From Octopus vulgaris (lineage: Eukaryota), in assembly GCA_951406725.2 (NCBI GenBank), contig OX597827.1:30628001-30692000 (forward strand): a stretch of DNA of 64,000 bases. The letters are read 5' to 3'. Below the pieces are notes generated by a model. That model had not been told where the DNA came from, searched no databases, and saw only the letters and a program-made list of their open reading frames with translations. Positions 1-16,524 of this stretch are shown piece by piece. Every line of letters begins with the position of its first letter. Positions within the stretch are counted from its first letter, which is position 1. Made by a program: the position numbers and the translations under genes.

Positions 1-1250
1 ACCACTTCCCTGATGGTACTAGAATCCTGTCTTCTTTTCTACTTACTAAAATCATGGTCTGAAGTTTACTTTGAGGCCTTCCAATTCTAGATTCTGCTTC
101 CAGGTCTGGAATTTCTTCTCTCACTCCTCTTACAGAATTAGCTGTACAAACTAAATCATCACCATACTGAAGTTCCTATGAATAGCTGCTTTTGAAATAC
201 TTTGATATGGTCTAGTGGACTATAATAATCTTGAAGAGCTAAGGACTGAGCTCTGATGAACCCTTACTTACATGCTAAATTCATCACTGGACTCATATCT
301 GACCCTCATCTTGTTGACTGCACCTCTGTGCATAACTTGAATGATACAAGCTTCTCATTTACCTTTAGTTTCCTAAGTGATTACTAGATTACAAAGTATG
401 GAATCAATCCAGTCAGAGGTGTTCTGCAGCTCAACAAACACCAGATACTCCTTGCTAATTACTCTTGAAAAAGTTTCACTTGAAAGAAAACATTAGTAGT
501 AACACTTCCTCACCCAAAGCTGAACTGCAGCTCATCTGGGCTAATTTACTTCCTAATCAATTCAGTTACAACAGTTTCTATAACTTTCATAACCTAGTCC
601 AAAAATTGTGATGCCTCATTAATTGCCTCTAATGCATTACTCTTCTTCCACTCATTGGATGTGACTCCTTTCTGTACAACCTGATTGCATATGCAAGTGT
701 TTAGCCTGTGCCCTACTCTGCCAGATATTTTAGCATCTCAGGACTGACTGATGATCAACTTCCTTTAGTGCCTTCAAATCTTTAATTGTTTTAGCTACCA
801 TACTGCTGTCAATTCAAAATGCTGGTCCCTTTCTGAGTCAGCTTTAGGGAAACCCTTCTTTCTTCTATACACATTCCTCCTTCAACTTCATGCTTCTGTG
901 CATCTTTCTTTTTCCTGTTAGCAAGAGCAAGTGTGTTGTTATCATTTCCTGCACATGTCTAATGACTGTGATTCTCTCTAGTACACATCCTTGCAAACTG
1001 TAATATCTAACATCTCAGATACTCTTAGACATAAAGCATTGAGTAAAACTCTTATTTTCTGCATCTTTCCTGACTAATTATACCTGATGTCAAGCTTCTT
1101 GTTTAGCATAGTTCTCTGCTGTCCAATTTCTTCCAATGATTCCAGACTTATCTGCCAACTTTTATGGCTCTGTCTAGGATACTATTCCATCTTCTTGTCA
1201 TCTTTGATCTTATTAAAATCATACACCAGCCTGAGATGTGGTTTGTAAAC
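1..1250 (-). mobile_element. Old, degraded RTE-like LINE reverse transcriptase remnant
   Basis: Minus strand reads YGDDLV near 150-168 and a decayed GVHQxSVLS motif near 240-270. Many stops. 3' boundary uncertain. Confidence 0.55.
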
Positions 1251-1337
1251 CTCAACAGGTGTCTTGTAAGAACTACCATGTGCTCAAATGTAAATGTAGT
1301 TATAAATATTAGCTTATGATATATAGGGTAAAATAAG

Positions 1338-1492
1338 CAGGCAAGCTGGCAGAATCATTAGCATGCCAGGCAAAATGCTTTGCAGTGTTTTGTCTGTCTT
1401 TATGTTCTGAGTTCAAATTCTGCCAAGGTTAACTTTGTCTTTCATCCTTTTGGGGATGATAAATACTATTGGACACTGGGGTCGGTGTAAAT
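1338..1492 (+). mobile_element. SINE family A copy (tRNA-like head, ctttcatcctt..ggggtcgataa central domain)
   Basis: Box B-like gagttcaaattc and the central domain recur more than 12 times in the window. Confidence 0.8.
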
Positions 1493-1536
1493 ACTCCAAA
1501 GAAAGAGGAAAAATTGCTAAAAATACAGCTTTTTAA

Positions 1537-1755
1537 TCCTTTTGTTACTATATTTCAATTTAAATACACTGCTTTGTTTTAATTAATTTTTAAAATAATA
1601 AAGAATTTATAAAATAGTATTGTTATTGTAAAGCTGTTTTTTTTAAACAAATTAACAATAAACTTTGATAAGTTTTAATTTCAGTCACTTTAAGACAGGA
1701 AGTTTGTATAGAAGCAAGGAAGCAGCCAATCTCAGGCAGGGTGCTATCAAAAGTG
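1537..1755. mobile_element. Degenerate piggyBac-type MITE
   Basis: TTAA at 1533 and 1756 with decayed ccctttcgttac-like ends. Related pieces at about 22450-22660 and 41340-41510. Confidence 0.55.
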
Positions 1756-1886
1756 TTAAAAATGACATATTTTCCATTTTTTCGAAACAAACATTTTTCT
1801 GCACTTTTATGTATAGAGACACTGCATCTGAGTGGATGCTTGAAAATTGTCATCCATGCATGCGTGTGTGTGTGTGTGTGTATTTT

Positions 1887-2043
1887 GACATAGGAGTGGC
1901 TGTGTGGTAAGTAGTTTGCTTACCAACTACATGGTTCCAGGTTCAGGCCCACTGTGTGGCACCTTGGGCGTCTGCTACAGTAGCCTCGGGCTGACCAAAG
2001 CCTTGTGAGTGGATTTGGTAGATGGAAACTGAAAGAAGCCCAT

Positions 2044-2074
<31 letters not shown>

Positions 2075-2280
2075 TATGTTTGTGTGTCTCTGTTTGTCCC
2101 CCAACATCGTTTGACAACCGATGCTGGTGTGTTTACGTCCCCGTAACTTAGCGGTTCGGCAAAAGAGACTGATATAAATACTAGGCTTACAAACAATAAA
2201 TCCTGGGGTTGATTTGCTCTACTAAAGGCGGTGCTCCAACATGGCCGCAGTCAAATGACTGAAAACAAATAAAAGAAATA
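1887..2280 (+). mobile_element. SINE family B, full length, with LINE-like 3' tail
   Basis: Box A tggctgtgtgg, box B ggttcaggccc, internal microsatellite, tail ggcggtgctccaacatggccgcagtcaaatgactgaaa. Copies at 24261 and 60751. Confidence 0.9.
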
Positions 2281-2618
2281 TATGTGTGCGTGTGTGTTTA
2301 TTTATATATATTTGTATATGTATGTATACACACACACACACATATGCATTTGTATATGTATGGTTGAGACTTATCCCTGTTGTCGTATTGCAGCTGTCCA
2401 GTAATTAACAGGCATGTATTTTGTTGTTTAAAATGTATTTCACTCCTGACATACCATTATTACTGTTACTCTTTATAAACTCTTCCCTGTTATTTATAGA
2501 TTCATTTGCACTTGAAAAGCTTCCAAGAAAAACTATTTCTTTTTAAATTTCTCAATGTTTCAATTGAATCACAATATATATACATACATGTACGTATGTA
2601 TGATTGTGTGCAAACACA

Positions 2619-2836
2619 CGAGGAGGTATTGAAAGATTCTTGGCTTTTCGGTAAGAGAAGATACAGGAGGATCAGTTAATTACGTTTTTATTCAACATAT
2701 TCCCCTCTCAGACTCTCACACTTATTTCAGTAGTCCTTCAGTTTTTCTAAGCTCTGTAAAAGAACTGGGAAAGTTGGACCTTCAGCCAGGCCTTTCGCAA
2801 CACCCTTAAACACAGGAAGTTTTCAGCAACCCCTCG
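2619..2836. mobile_element. Tc1/mariner-type MITE
   Basis: Imperfect TIRs cgaggaggtattgaaaga / ttttcagcaacccctcg followed by TA. Confidence 0.65.
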
Positions 2837-2877
2837 TATATATGTATTATGATGCATTTATGAGCATACACGTATCC

Positions 2878-5509
<2,632 letters not shown>

Positions 5510-7420
5510 ACTTTACTTTGATACTTTGATAGGTTTTGGCCATTATTGGCCCAGGCCATGTCTAACTTAATAGCACCACCTGGTGAAGTCTTTCAAGTCA
5601 GAATTTGGGCACTATGGCCCACTCAAGTAGAGAGTTATTGTTTACAGAGACATATCCAGGTGTAGGGGGTTTATCCGGGATTTCTTGAAGGAATCTGTCC
5701 AAAGACTTCTTGAACCCTATAGGGTCAGTTTCTGTTTTAATGTGTTTTGGTGTAATGTTAAAGAGAGCGGGGCCAATTGAGGTGAAATAATTGTGCCGTA
5801 TTGTTGTTATGAGATGAGAGTGCGATTTTTGTTTTGGGCGGATGGCACGGGGCCCAAGCCTTGGATGTACCTTAAAGGTGATGCCAACATCATTTGGGCA
5901 ATGCTGATGGAATATTTTCCACATCATGCAGATGATGTAGCGCTCACGACGACGTTGGAGAGAATAGAGTTTTAGCTTTTCTAGCCGACCCCAATAGTCG
6001 AGGCCTGTCATGCCATCTATCTTTTTTGTGATTGCCCTTTGAGGTGCTTCAACTTTTATGATACCTTGTATTGTGTGGGGAGACCACAGTGGACAACAGT
6101 ATTCAAGGTGGGGTCGGGCAAAAGTGGAGAAGAGAAGGATAATGGTGTGGATATCTCTCGACTGGAAAGTTCTGAGAATCCAGGAACACATTCTGCGGGC
6201 CATGTCAACTTTGGTGTTTATATGAGTGGCCCAGCTTACGTTGTTGTCCACAATTACTCCCAAGTCTCTGATGTTGTTGGACGCCGCGAGAGATTTCACC
6301 TGAAGGAAGGGAGTATGGGAGTTTCAGGGCATCCTCTTTTCCAAAGTGGATTAGCTCAAATTTATCCTCGTTCAGCAGCATATTGTTTTTTTCTGCCCAT
6401 TGGATAACAGCCAGTAGATCTGACTGAAGGCATGTCCGGTCACTCGCCTCATTTATGACCTTCTGTAGCTTGGAGTCATCTGCAAAGATTTTTATGTTGC
6501 TGTGCTTGATGATGTCATTAATGTCATTAATGTAAATGATGAAAAGAAGTGGGCCCAGCACAGTGCCTTGTGGAACGCCACTACTGACTTTGGCTGGGCT
6601 TGATTTTACCCCTTCAACTACAACATGTTGAGATCTGTCTGTCAGGAAACACTTAATCCATTTCAGTAACTTTCCAGAGACACCAATGTTGGATAGTTTT
6701 TTCAATAGGATCTTGTGATCGACCCTGTCGAAGGCCTTACTGAAATCAAGGTAGATGACATCGGTGTTGGAGCCCTCTCCCAAAGCTCTCAAAATGTCCT
6801 CAAAGTGATGCAGGAGCTGCGTTAGGCAGTCCCTTCCATTACGGAACCCATGTTGGTTGGAGATCAGCCGTCTGTTGCTTTCCAGAAATTGGGTTATTCG
6901 AGATCTCACCACCCTCTCAAATACCTTGATGATATGAGAGGTGAGTGAGATCGGACGGTAATTCACTGCAAGGGACTTGTTTCCCTTTTTGAAAACTGGG
7001 ACAACAGACTGGGACAGAAGGTTTTTGGAATATAGCCAGCATCCAGTGAGTTTCTCCACAGATTAGCAAGGGGAGATGCAAGTTGGTGTCGACACACCTT
7101 CAGGAAACAAGCAGGGAACCTATCGGGGCCTACTGCTGAATTGTGTTTTATTTCGTTTATCGCCGCTAAGACATCAGGGGCACTAAACGTTATGTCCGAT
7201 ATAGTGTGTTGGGGGTTGACATCACTGATACAGCCCAGATCGGCCATATCAGGATTGCTGAAAACAGAGCAGTATTGTTTCTGCAGTATCTCGGCCATGG
7301 ATTTGGCATTATCTTGGAGAGTGCCAGTTTCGTCAATTAGAGGGCCTACAGTGGAGACAGTGACCCTGCGTTTCCTCGCAAATGAAAAGAACACTTTGGG
7401 GTTGAGTTTGATTTTTTCAA
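5510..7420 (-). mobile_element. 5'-truncated CR1/L2-group LINE with RT domain and two frameshifts
   Basis: [44 protein letters not shown] and YCCPLWSP across three frames (shifts near 7022 and 6295). Stop at 5598. Short 3'UTR ending in (atcaaagt)-type repeats. Confidence 0.95.
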
Positions 7421-9280
<1,860 letters not shown>

Positions 9281-11252
9281 TTGAAAATTGTCTGCAACTT
9301 TCCCATGAGAAGGAAAGAGCAGACAAAGAAGCCTGGGCTATAGACAACATAAAAACTAACCCCAGAGCTTTCTACAGGTATGCCAAAGAAACGGCTACAG
9401 TGCACTGTAGGATAGGGCCACTCCTTGAAAAGGATGGCACACTCACAGGAAAACCAATGAGGGTAAGTGAAATACTGAATGAACAATTCAAGAGTGTTTT
9501 CACTCCACCCCTTGGGCATTTCCAAATCAGCAATCCAACTGACTTCTTTACCACTGCAGATATAGAATCAGAGGCGGCGACGATAAGTTACATCGAGATA
9601 AAGGAAGACGATGTAATAAAGGCTATAGATGAAATGAAAATAGACTCAGCTACTGGCCCCGATGGATTCCCGGCAATCCTCCTAAAAGTATGTAAGAGAG
9701 TCTTAGCAAGACCACTGCAGTCCCTCTTTCAGAGCTTCCTTGCAGCTGGCAAACTTCCAAGGGGACTGAAGGAAGGTAAAATATGCCCTATTCATAAAGG
9801 AGGTAGCAGAGCGGAGGCAAAGAACTACAGACCTATCTCTCTGACCTCACACATCAGCAAGGTCATGGAACGAATAGTCAGAAGGAAACTAATCACCTTC
9901 CTTGAAGAAAATGACTTGCTGCCTGACACCCAACATGGTTTCCGACCAGGAAGAAGCTGCTTAACTCAGCTCCTGCAGCACTATGACTGGGTGCTGAAAC
10001 AACTGCTCAACCACTCAAATGTGGAAGTCATATATCTCGACTTCGCAAAGGCCTTCGATAAAGTCGATCACGGAATGATATGTCACAGGCTGCGTGATCT
10101 TGGCATAGTTGGAAAACTAGGAGAATGGCTTCACGACTTTCTGAAGAATAGAAGTCAGGTGGTAGTAGCCAATGGCGCCACTTCCATTAACACGCAAATA
10201 ATGAGTGGTGTTCCGCAGGGCACTGTTTTGGGACCACTACTGTTCATAATGGCCCTCTCAGACATGCCCTCAGCCACGCAGAGATCCACGATCACAAGTT
10301 ATGCAGATGATACAAAAGTTTCACAGGCAATACAGAACCCTGAGGACACTAAAAACCTGCAATGTGAGCTGGACGAAATATACAAGTGGGCTGAAAAGAA
10401 TAGCATGCAGTTCAATGCTGGAAAGTTTCAAGCTTTATACTATCAGCATGCAAAACTGAATGCAATACCCAATGAATACACTGGACCCGGAGGGATTGCA
10501 ATCCCAGAGGCACAATCAGTGCGTGCCCTGGGTATTCACATGAGTGATGACGCGACCTTTCATGTACATGTTGCTAAACTGACAGTGAAATGTAGACGGC
10601 TGGCTGGCTGGATTCTTAGAACCTTTAGAACAAGAGAACAAGAAACCATGATGGTCCTCTGGAAGACACTTGTCCTAAGCCACTTTGACTATTGCTCTCA
10701 GCTATGGTCACCATCCAGTGTCAAGTTGATCACAGAACTTGAGGCGATCCAACGAAGCTACACAAAGAAGATAGCCTCTATGCAGAATGTAAGCTACTGG
10801 GAAAGACTCAAGAGATTAAAATTATACTCCCTGGAGCGTAGGCGGGAAAGATATGCCATAATATACATCTGGAAGATCCTGGAGGGAAGTGTCCTGAACT
10901 TTGGCATCGAGAGTTACACAAATGCCAGAACTGGGCGCCACTGCGTGGTGCCTAGGACTCCAAACCTGCCATCAAGATGTAGGACAAGATTCTGTGATAG
11001 CCTGGGCTTCCGAGGCCCACAGCTCTTCAATATCCTCCCGAAGAACCTGAGAGACCTGCATGGGGTGGATACAGATGTCTTTAAAATGAAGCTGGATCTC
11101 TTCCTGTCAGGTGTCCCAGATGAACCAACTTCACGGCAGGAGGGGCAGATGAGGGCAGCTGCATCGAACTCTCTCATGCACCAAATAGCAGTTGCTAGAA
11201 AGCCTTCATGAAGTGAAACCAAGTAGCAACACCAAATGGCGGTGCCCCAGCA
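9281..11252 (+). mobile_element. Young 5'-truncated CR1/L2-group LINE with an uninterrupted RT frame of about 640 codons
   Basis: [57 protein letters not shown]. Stop at 11211. The 3'UTR runs into the N gap. No endonuclease domain. Confidence 0.96.
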
Positions 11253-11352
11253 NNNNNNNNNNNNNNNNNNNNNNNNNNNNNNNNNNNNNNNNNNNNNNNN
11301 NNNNNNNNNNNNNNNNNNNNNNNNNNNNNNNNNNNNNNNNNNNNNNNNNNNN
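11253..11352. other. Assembly gap (100 N)
   Basis: N run. Confidence 1.
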
Positions 11353-12428
11353 GTGACACTTCATCTTCTTTTTCACCTGGCTGAGGTGCTTCCTGCGGTT
11401 TGGGTTGGGGTTGGCATTCCGCCCTTACATGACCCTTCTTGCCGCAGCCGAAGCACCTCGGCTTTCTGCCCTCTACGAAAACTGTTATTCTATCGTCTTC
11501 ACTTATTTTTAGGGTTTCTGGAATCTCCTCCAGTGTTTGAATTTCTGCCTGAATGGCTATTACTATCTGCTGCCCTTTCCAAAATTCCTCCTCCTCTACT
11601 GTGGCCTGGAGGATGTTTATTTTTTCCTCCAGGCGTACCATGACTGCTGCCACCAGACATTCGGCATTTGCCTCTGGCGGAATGTTATTCATCGTGATTT
11701 TCAATGTTCTTTTTCCTCTATACAAGGGGAGGAGAACAATGTTCTCCGCTTTTATTGGCTCCATCGACAGTTTTTTTGCTATCTCCTCTGTTGTGAAACG
11801 CACCTCTACTGTGCCGTATCTCTTTCCTCTGTTGATGTATGTGATCTTGTCCATTAATGGTTTTAAACAATTCTCGATTTTTTTTCCTCAATTTTTTGTA
11901 TCATTTTGGTTGTCGTATTAAAGGTCTTATAGATTATTCTTCTTTTTTCGATTTCTTCATGTTTTTGGGCGTTTGAGACCACTGTCACTTCCGTGCCCTC
12001 TTTTGTAACACAGTCCGCATATTTTTCCAAGTCTTCGACGTTTATTTTTTTGATTTTCTTGCCAGCTACTTCTGAGAATTTTTTTGCTGGTGCTGGTGCA
12101 GGGGTTTCCTTTTTCTTTGGCGCCACCGCCTCTTTTTTCTTTGGCGACACCGCCGGAGATTCTTCTTCACTAGTTACGGGAGAATATGAGATGGGGGATT
12201 CCATCTCGAACAACTGGCTTAACAAGCCCTTGGTAAATCCAAGATAAATGATATTTTTCCCCCACGGAGGGGGGAACACCACCACGAAGTCCTCGCACGA
12301 AGGCTGACTTCAACAGTTGTACAGCAATAAACAAAGACAGGTAGACACACAGTAGAATATAACGGAGAGAATAAATACGACGGCAAAATATAACTTACTA
12401 TACACGCAAATAGCTTTCCTCCATGTGA
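11353..12428 (-). mobile_element. ORF1/gag-like element copy B (CCHC knuckle), one frameshift, cut by the gap
   Basis: ORFs 11863-12285 and 11195-11854 join if one A is added to the A8 run at 11878-11885 (EKKIENCLKPLMDK). Knuckle CFGCGKKGHVRAEC. Colinear with the 364-aa ORF. Confidence 0.8.
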
Positions 12429-12666
12429 TTTTATTACTACCCACAAGGGGCGAACATAGATGGGACAATACAATCGGGGAACTTAAAATAAGAAAGCGAA
12501 TGACAAGAAAAAGAAAAAATAAAAGTAAAAAATGACATATGAAAGAATATTTACAATGAGATGTAAATGCCCACTCGATCCCCGGAATCGAGAGGTTACA
12601 TTTTCGTCACATATATTTCACAAAATTTTCTTTTTTCTCTTCTTTCTTCTCTCTCTTCTCACAATT

Positions 12667-12960
12667 CTATACATATTCCATAATAGCTTTCAATTCTCTA
12701 AAGTCCATCACTGAGCCCTCAGGCAGCCGCTCTCTCACTCGAACACTTGTGTAAAATATTACACTCTCTCCGGCAGCTCTGAGGAACTCAGCGACTCTTT
12801 CTTCGGGGATTAGAGCAGTCTCCTGCCACTGATCGGTCATCCTGTTGACCCATATATGTCCCTCCGTTTTACATGTCAAGTCTTTCATTTCAGGGCAGAA
12901 ATGGAAGGTTACTAACTTGTAGAAGCAGTAATCTTGTTTCCGTCCTACGTTTTCCTTCAT
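12667..12960 (-). CDS. 97-aa ORF after ORF1, unknown function (may be a frameshifted ORF1 C-terminus)
   Basis: ATG 14 nt after the ORF1 stop, in a different frame. Protein-like composition. No APE or RT motifs. Confidence 0.5.
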   Translation of the reverse strand: MKENVGRKQDYCFYKLVTFHFCPEMKDLTCKTEGHIWVNRMTDQWQETALIPEERVAEFLRAAGESVIFYTSVRVRERLPEGSVMDFRELKAIMEYV

Positions 12961-12974
12961 TTTTCTTTTCGGGC

Positions 12975-14069
12975 TTATTTCTTCCTTGTTCTCCTCTCTT
13001 TGTTTCTCCCTTTCTCTCTTTTTGCCTTCTTTTCTTTCTCCTTCCTTCTCTTGTCTTTTTGGTTCTTTGTCTGTTCTCTCTTTCTCTCGTGTTTTATGTT
13101 CCTTTTCTTTTTCCTTTTGTGTGCCGTCTTTTCTTTTCGTTTGATTCTGATCTCTCTCTTGTTTTTTTCCTGTTGTTTCTTTTTCCTTTTTTTTTCCTGA
13201 CTCTGTTTTGGTTCTATTTCTTTCTTTTCTTTTATTTCTTTTTCCTTCATTGACTTATTATTTCCTTTCTCTTGTTGTTTTGTTTCCTTTTCTATGTTTT
13301 CTTTTTCATTTACCGTATTCTTCTTTTCTTCAAGTTCCTGCTCGCACTCCGCTACGAATTCGTATAACGGGCACTCTTTTTTAATGTGCCCCCTTGTCCC
13401 ACACAAGTAACAGTTTGGTTTTCTCCCCTCTACAATTACACTGAGGGTTTTTTCCTCTTCAATTTCAATTCTGTAGGGGAACCTTTCAATGTCCTCTTTT
13501 GTGGCCATCAAACACAGTTCTACCCCATATCCTCTCCAGTTTACCGCGTTGGACTCCTTAAAGGATTCCACCTCCACTTCCTCTTCTGCTGCTCCTAGAA
13601 TAGCTGTTGCCAGCCATTCTGTTTTCACTTCTGGGGGTATATTCGGGATTTTAACCCGGACCCCTCTTCTTCCCTTGTATGAGGGCCACATTGTAAATTT
13701 TTCGGCTCTTAGTACAGTGGTAGCCAGTGAGGCTGCAATTTCTTCCGTTGCACATCTCACCTCCACCGTACCAAATTTCTTGCCTCTACTCACGTAGGTT
13801 GTTTTCCCCATTATGTCTCCCAGACATTTTTCAATTTCGACTATCTCCACTCTTGCCAGTTTCTTCGTATTTTTGTCTTGGGTTCTGTATGTCACTGTCT
13901 TGCTTTCTTTATCCTCTTTTGCTTTCGCGGGGGGGATTAGCTTCACGCTATCACCCTCCCTTTTGAAGAGCTTTTCATATTCTTTGAGTTTATCCTTCTC
14001 AAAGAAAACATCCTTTATGATTATCGACGAATCATTATTTTTCCCGGTGACCCCCGCGTAAGTCGCCAT
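12975..14069 (-). CDS. L1/Tx1-type ORF1 (gag-like) nucleic-acid-binding protein
   Basis: Intact 364 aa. N-terminal TYAGV, RRM-like GKKFGTVEVRC region, CX2CX4HX4C knuckle CYLCGTRGHIKKEC, K/E-rich tail. Confidence 0.82.
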   Translation of the reverse strand: MATYAGVTGKNNDSSIIIKDVFFEKDKLKEYEKLFKREGDSVKLIPPAKAKEDKESKTVTYRTQDKNTKKLARVEIVEIEKCLGDIMGKTTYVSRGKKFGTVEVRCATEEIAASLATTVLRAEKFTMWPSYKGRRGVRVKIPNIPPEVKTEWLATAILGAAEEEVEVESFKESNAVNWRGYGVELCLMATKEDIERFPYRIEIEEEKTLSVIVEGRKPNCYLCGTRGHIKKECPLYEFVAECEQELEEKKNTVNEKENIEKETKQQEKGNNKSMKEKEIKEKKEIEPKQSQEKKRKKKQQEKNKREIRIKRKEKTAHKRKKKRNIKHERKREQTKNQKDKRRKEKEKKAKREKGRNKERRTRKK

Positions 14070-14489
14070 GACTAGAGGGTCAATTCACCTTCTTCGGAAC
14101 GTTTCCACACGTGGAGGCAAACGCCTCGCGCGATATTAATCAATTTACACAGAAAAAATTTCACCGTCTAGTCACAGATAACAACACGCATAGATTTCCG
14201 ACACGTGTGAAAATCTTTTTTCTCTACATTGTATACTTTATAGACAATAGCCTTTTCTTTAATTTAATTTTTTATTATCCATCTGGACTATTCCATTTCT
14301 GCATGCTAATTTTATTTTTAATTTATTCCCATTCATGTGAAACCACTTATTCAAGTTCAAGTCATTGATGCAATTTTATACCAATTGCTATTTTTACTTT
14401 TGTTATGTTACGATTATATTATACTTTAGTTTGATTTTAATTATTACTTACTACATATAATTCAATTGTTACTATTATTTTTATTGTTA

Positions 14490-14751
14490 AAGTGAAAGTA
14501 TATGACATAAAATAGAGAAATGTTTTTGTTTCACTTTTAACACGTAATACTGAAATAGTGGAGGAGATATGATATTGCTATGGGCTCGCTCTAGGCAAGA
14601 AGTTGAATATTTTTTTTGCCGATGACACTCCCCGGACCCTAAGTAAGGCATGTGTAAAATTTGAATGAAATTGGTTGCGTAGTTCTCAAGTTTTAGGGCA
14701 ACACACAAACAGACAGACAGACACACATTCTCAGTTTTATATATATAAAGA
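14490..14751 (-). mobile_element. Non-autonomous Helitron-like 5' end
   Basis: Minus strand a|TCTTTATATATATAAAA followed by (ctgt)n and caaccaatttcattcaaatttt. No convincing 3' CTRR end. Confidence 0.55.
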
Positions 14752-14787
14752 TGTATATATATGTATATAAATATATGTATATATATA

Positions 14788-14856
<69 letters not shown>

Positions 14857-14957
14857 GTGCGTATATATATATATGTGTGTATATATATATATGTGTGTGT
14901 ATATATATATATACGTATAGATATATATATATGTGTGTGTATATATATATATGTGTG

Positions 14958-15340
14958 TAGTTTGTGGCATATCATACCATGATCCACCTTGTCAAAAGCT
15001 TTTGCAAAATCAAGGTAGATTACGTCCACATTTAATTTGTTGAGTAACTGCCTCAACACCCAGTCATAATGCTGTAAGAGCTGGGTCAGGCAGCTCCTAC
15101 CTGGTCGAAAACCATGCTGGGTATTACTCAGCAAGTTATTTTCCTCAAGGAATGCGATTAGTTTCTTTCTGACTATCCGTTCCATGACTTTGCTGATGTG
15201 TGAAGTCAGAGAGATAGGCCTATAGTTTTTGGCATCTGCTCTACTTCCCCCTTTATGTATTGGGCATATTATTCCCTCCTTCAGCTTGCTTGGCAGTTTG
15301 CCATTTGCAAGAAAGCTCTGGAAGAGAATCTTGAGGGGCT
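14958..15340 (-). mobile_element. Internal RT fragment of a LINE related to the 9281 element, with microsatellites at both ends
   Basis: Open frame PLKILFQSFL...[10 protein letters not shown]...[15 protein letters not shown], highly similar to the 9281-11211 protein. Confidence 0.93.
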
Positions 15341-15919
15341 TATATATAATATATATTATATATATATAATATATATTATATATATATAATATATATATTA
15401 TATATATATAATATATATATAATATATATATATATATAAGGGGTTCTCGCACAGAAGCCAGGGTCCCCAGGATGTGATTTCTGGTGGGTTTTGGTACTTG
15501 TGGAAGTTTGGAGATGGTGAAAATGGCTTTGCTTGTTTATCCAGGTTTCCCACGCAACTTGCAGCCAATATTACTTAAATCCCTGGCTGTCACAGTCTTG
15601 GAGGTCCCGTAATCAGATCATTTCTTCCTTGGTGAAGGGTCCTTCAGAAATTGTTTGTGTCCACATGACAACCCAATGTCTCCACAATGACATGAAGAGA
15701 GGTGTCTTTAGCACTTTGAAATAAGAAAAGAATGTTACATAGAATAAAGAAAACATAACAATGGTGTTGCCATAGTGTGCAAACCAACTGGAAAAAGTTT
15801 TATTAAAATCAATTCACACAAAACCTAGAAATCCTAAATTTCACTCCTAAGCTATTAGTGTGGTTCTGGGTGTATGTATGTATGTGTCTGTATATATATA
15901 TATACATTTCAAAATGTAA

Positions 15920-16110
15920 TCACATGTGAATCGTTGGTGATTTTCTTCCTCTGTCTTCCCTTCTATAAGACTTTCTTCTGTTTCCAAAGAAGAGTGTCTG
16001 CTCAAAATGTTAAACCATCTTTCTTTCCTTCTCTGAGCGTCTACTAATACATTACATGTACCACGTCCTCATGTTGTGTTTTTTGTGTTCTTTGTTTTTT
16101 GATTTACCAT
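15920..16110 (+). mobile_element. Degenerate Penelope-type terminal repeat
   Basis: Homologous to the reverse complement of 57100-57282, with a decayed hammerhead core. Confidence 0.6.
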
Positions 16111-16524
16111 ATATATAATATATGTATGTATGTATACTACTATTACTACTACTACTATGAATTATTATTATTATTATTATTTAAAACAGTTTGATTCACC
16201 TCATAAGTTTCGTAGGCTCCTCACAGGAACCTGGCTCAGGTTCAGGATGCTAAAATGTGTATGTATGTGTGTGTGTATGTGTATGTCTGTGTGTGTATGT
16301 TTATATGTACACAGACACACAAGCCCACAAAAATAATATTCTCAATACTTAAAATAACTGCTCTACTGTTTTCTATATCTCTGATGCATGTTTACAAACA
16401 AAACCATTTTGATCTGAAAGCAGAACATTTGTATAGAAAAGTTTTTTTGATAGCAAAATAAAAACTTTCTTTACACACTTCCTGCTGTTCTGTGCTATTT
16501 AATCTATGTACTATTTTGTTTTTT

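Larger units (their letters stand above)
12429..14210 (-). mobile_element. About 1.8 kb RT-less, ORF1-only non-LTR element copy A
   Basis: 5' motif shared with copy B, a 364-aa ORF, a 97-aa ORF, and a 3' tail matching SINE tails at 17068 and 35749. Confidence 0.75.

Noticed and set aside
11863-11890. Programmed -1 frameshift at the A8 run in ORF1 copy B
   Set aside because: Copy A is continuous here, so a homopolymer indel or sequencing error is simpler.
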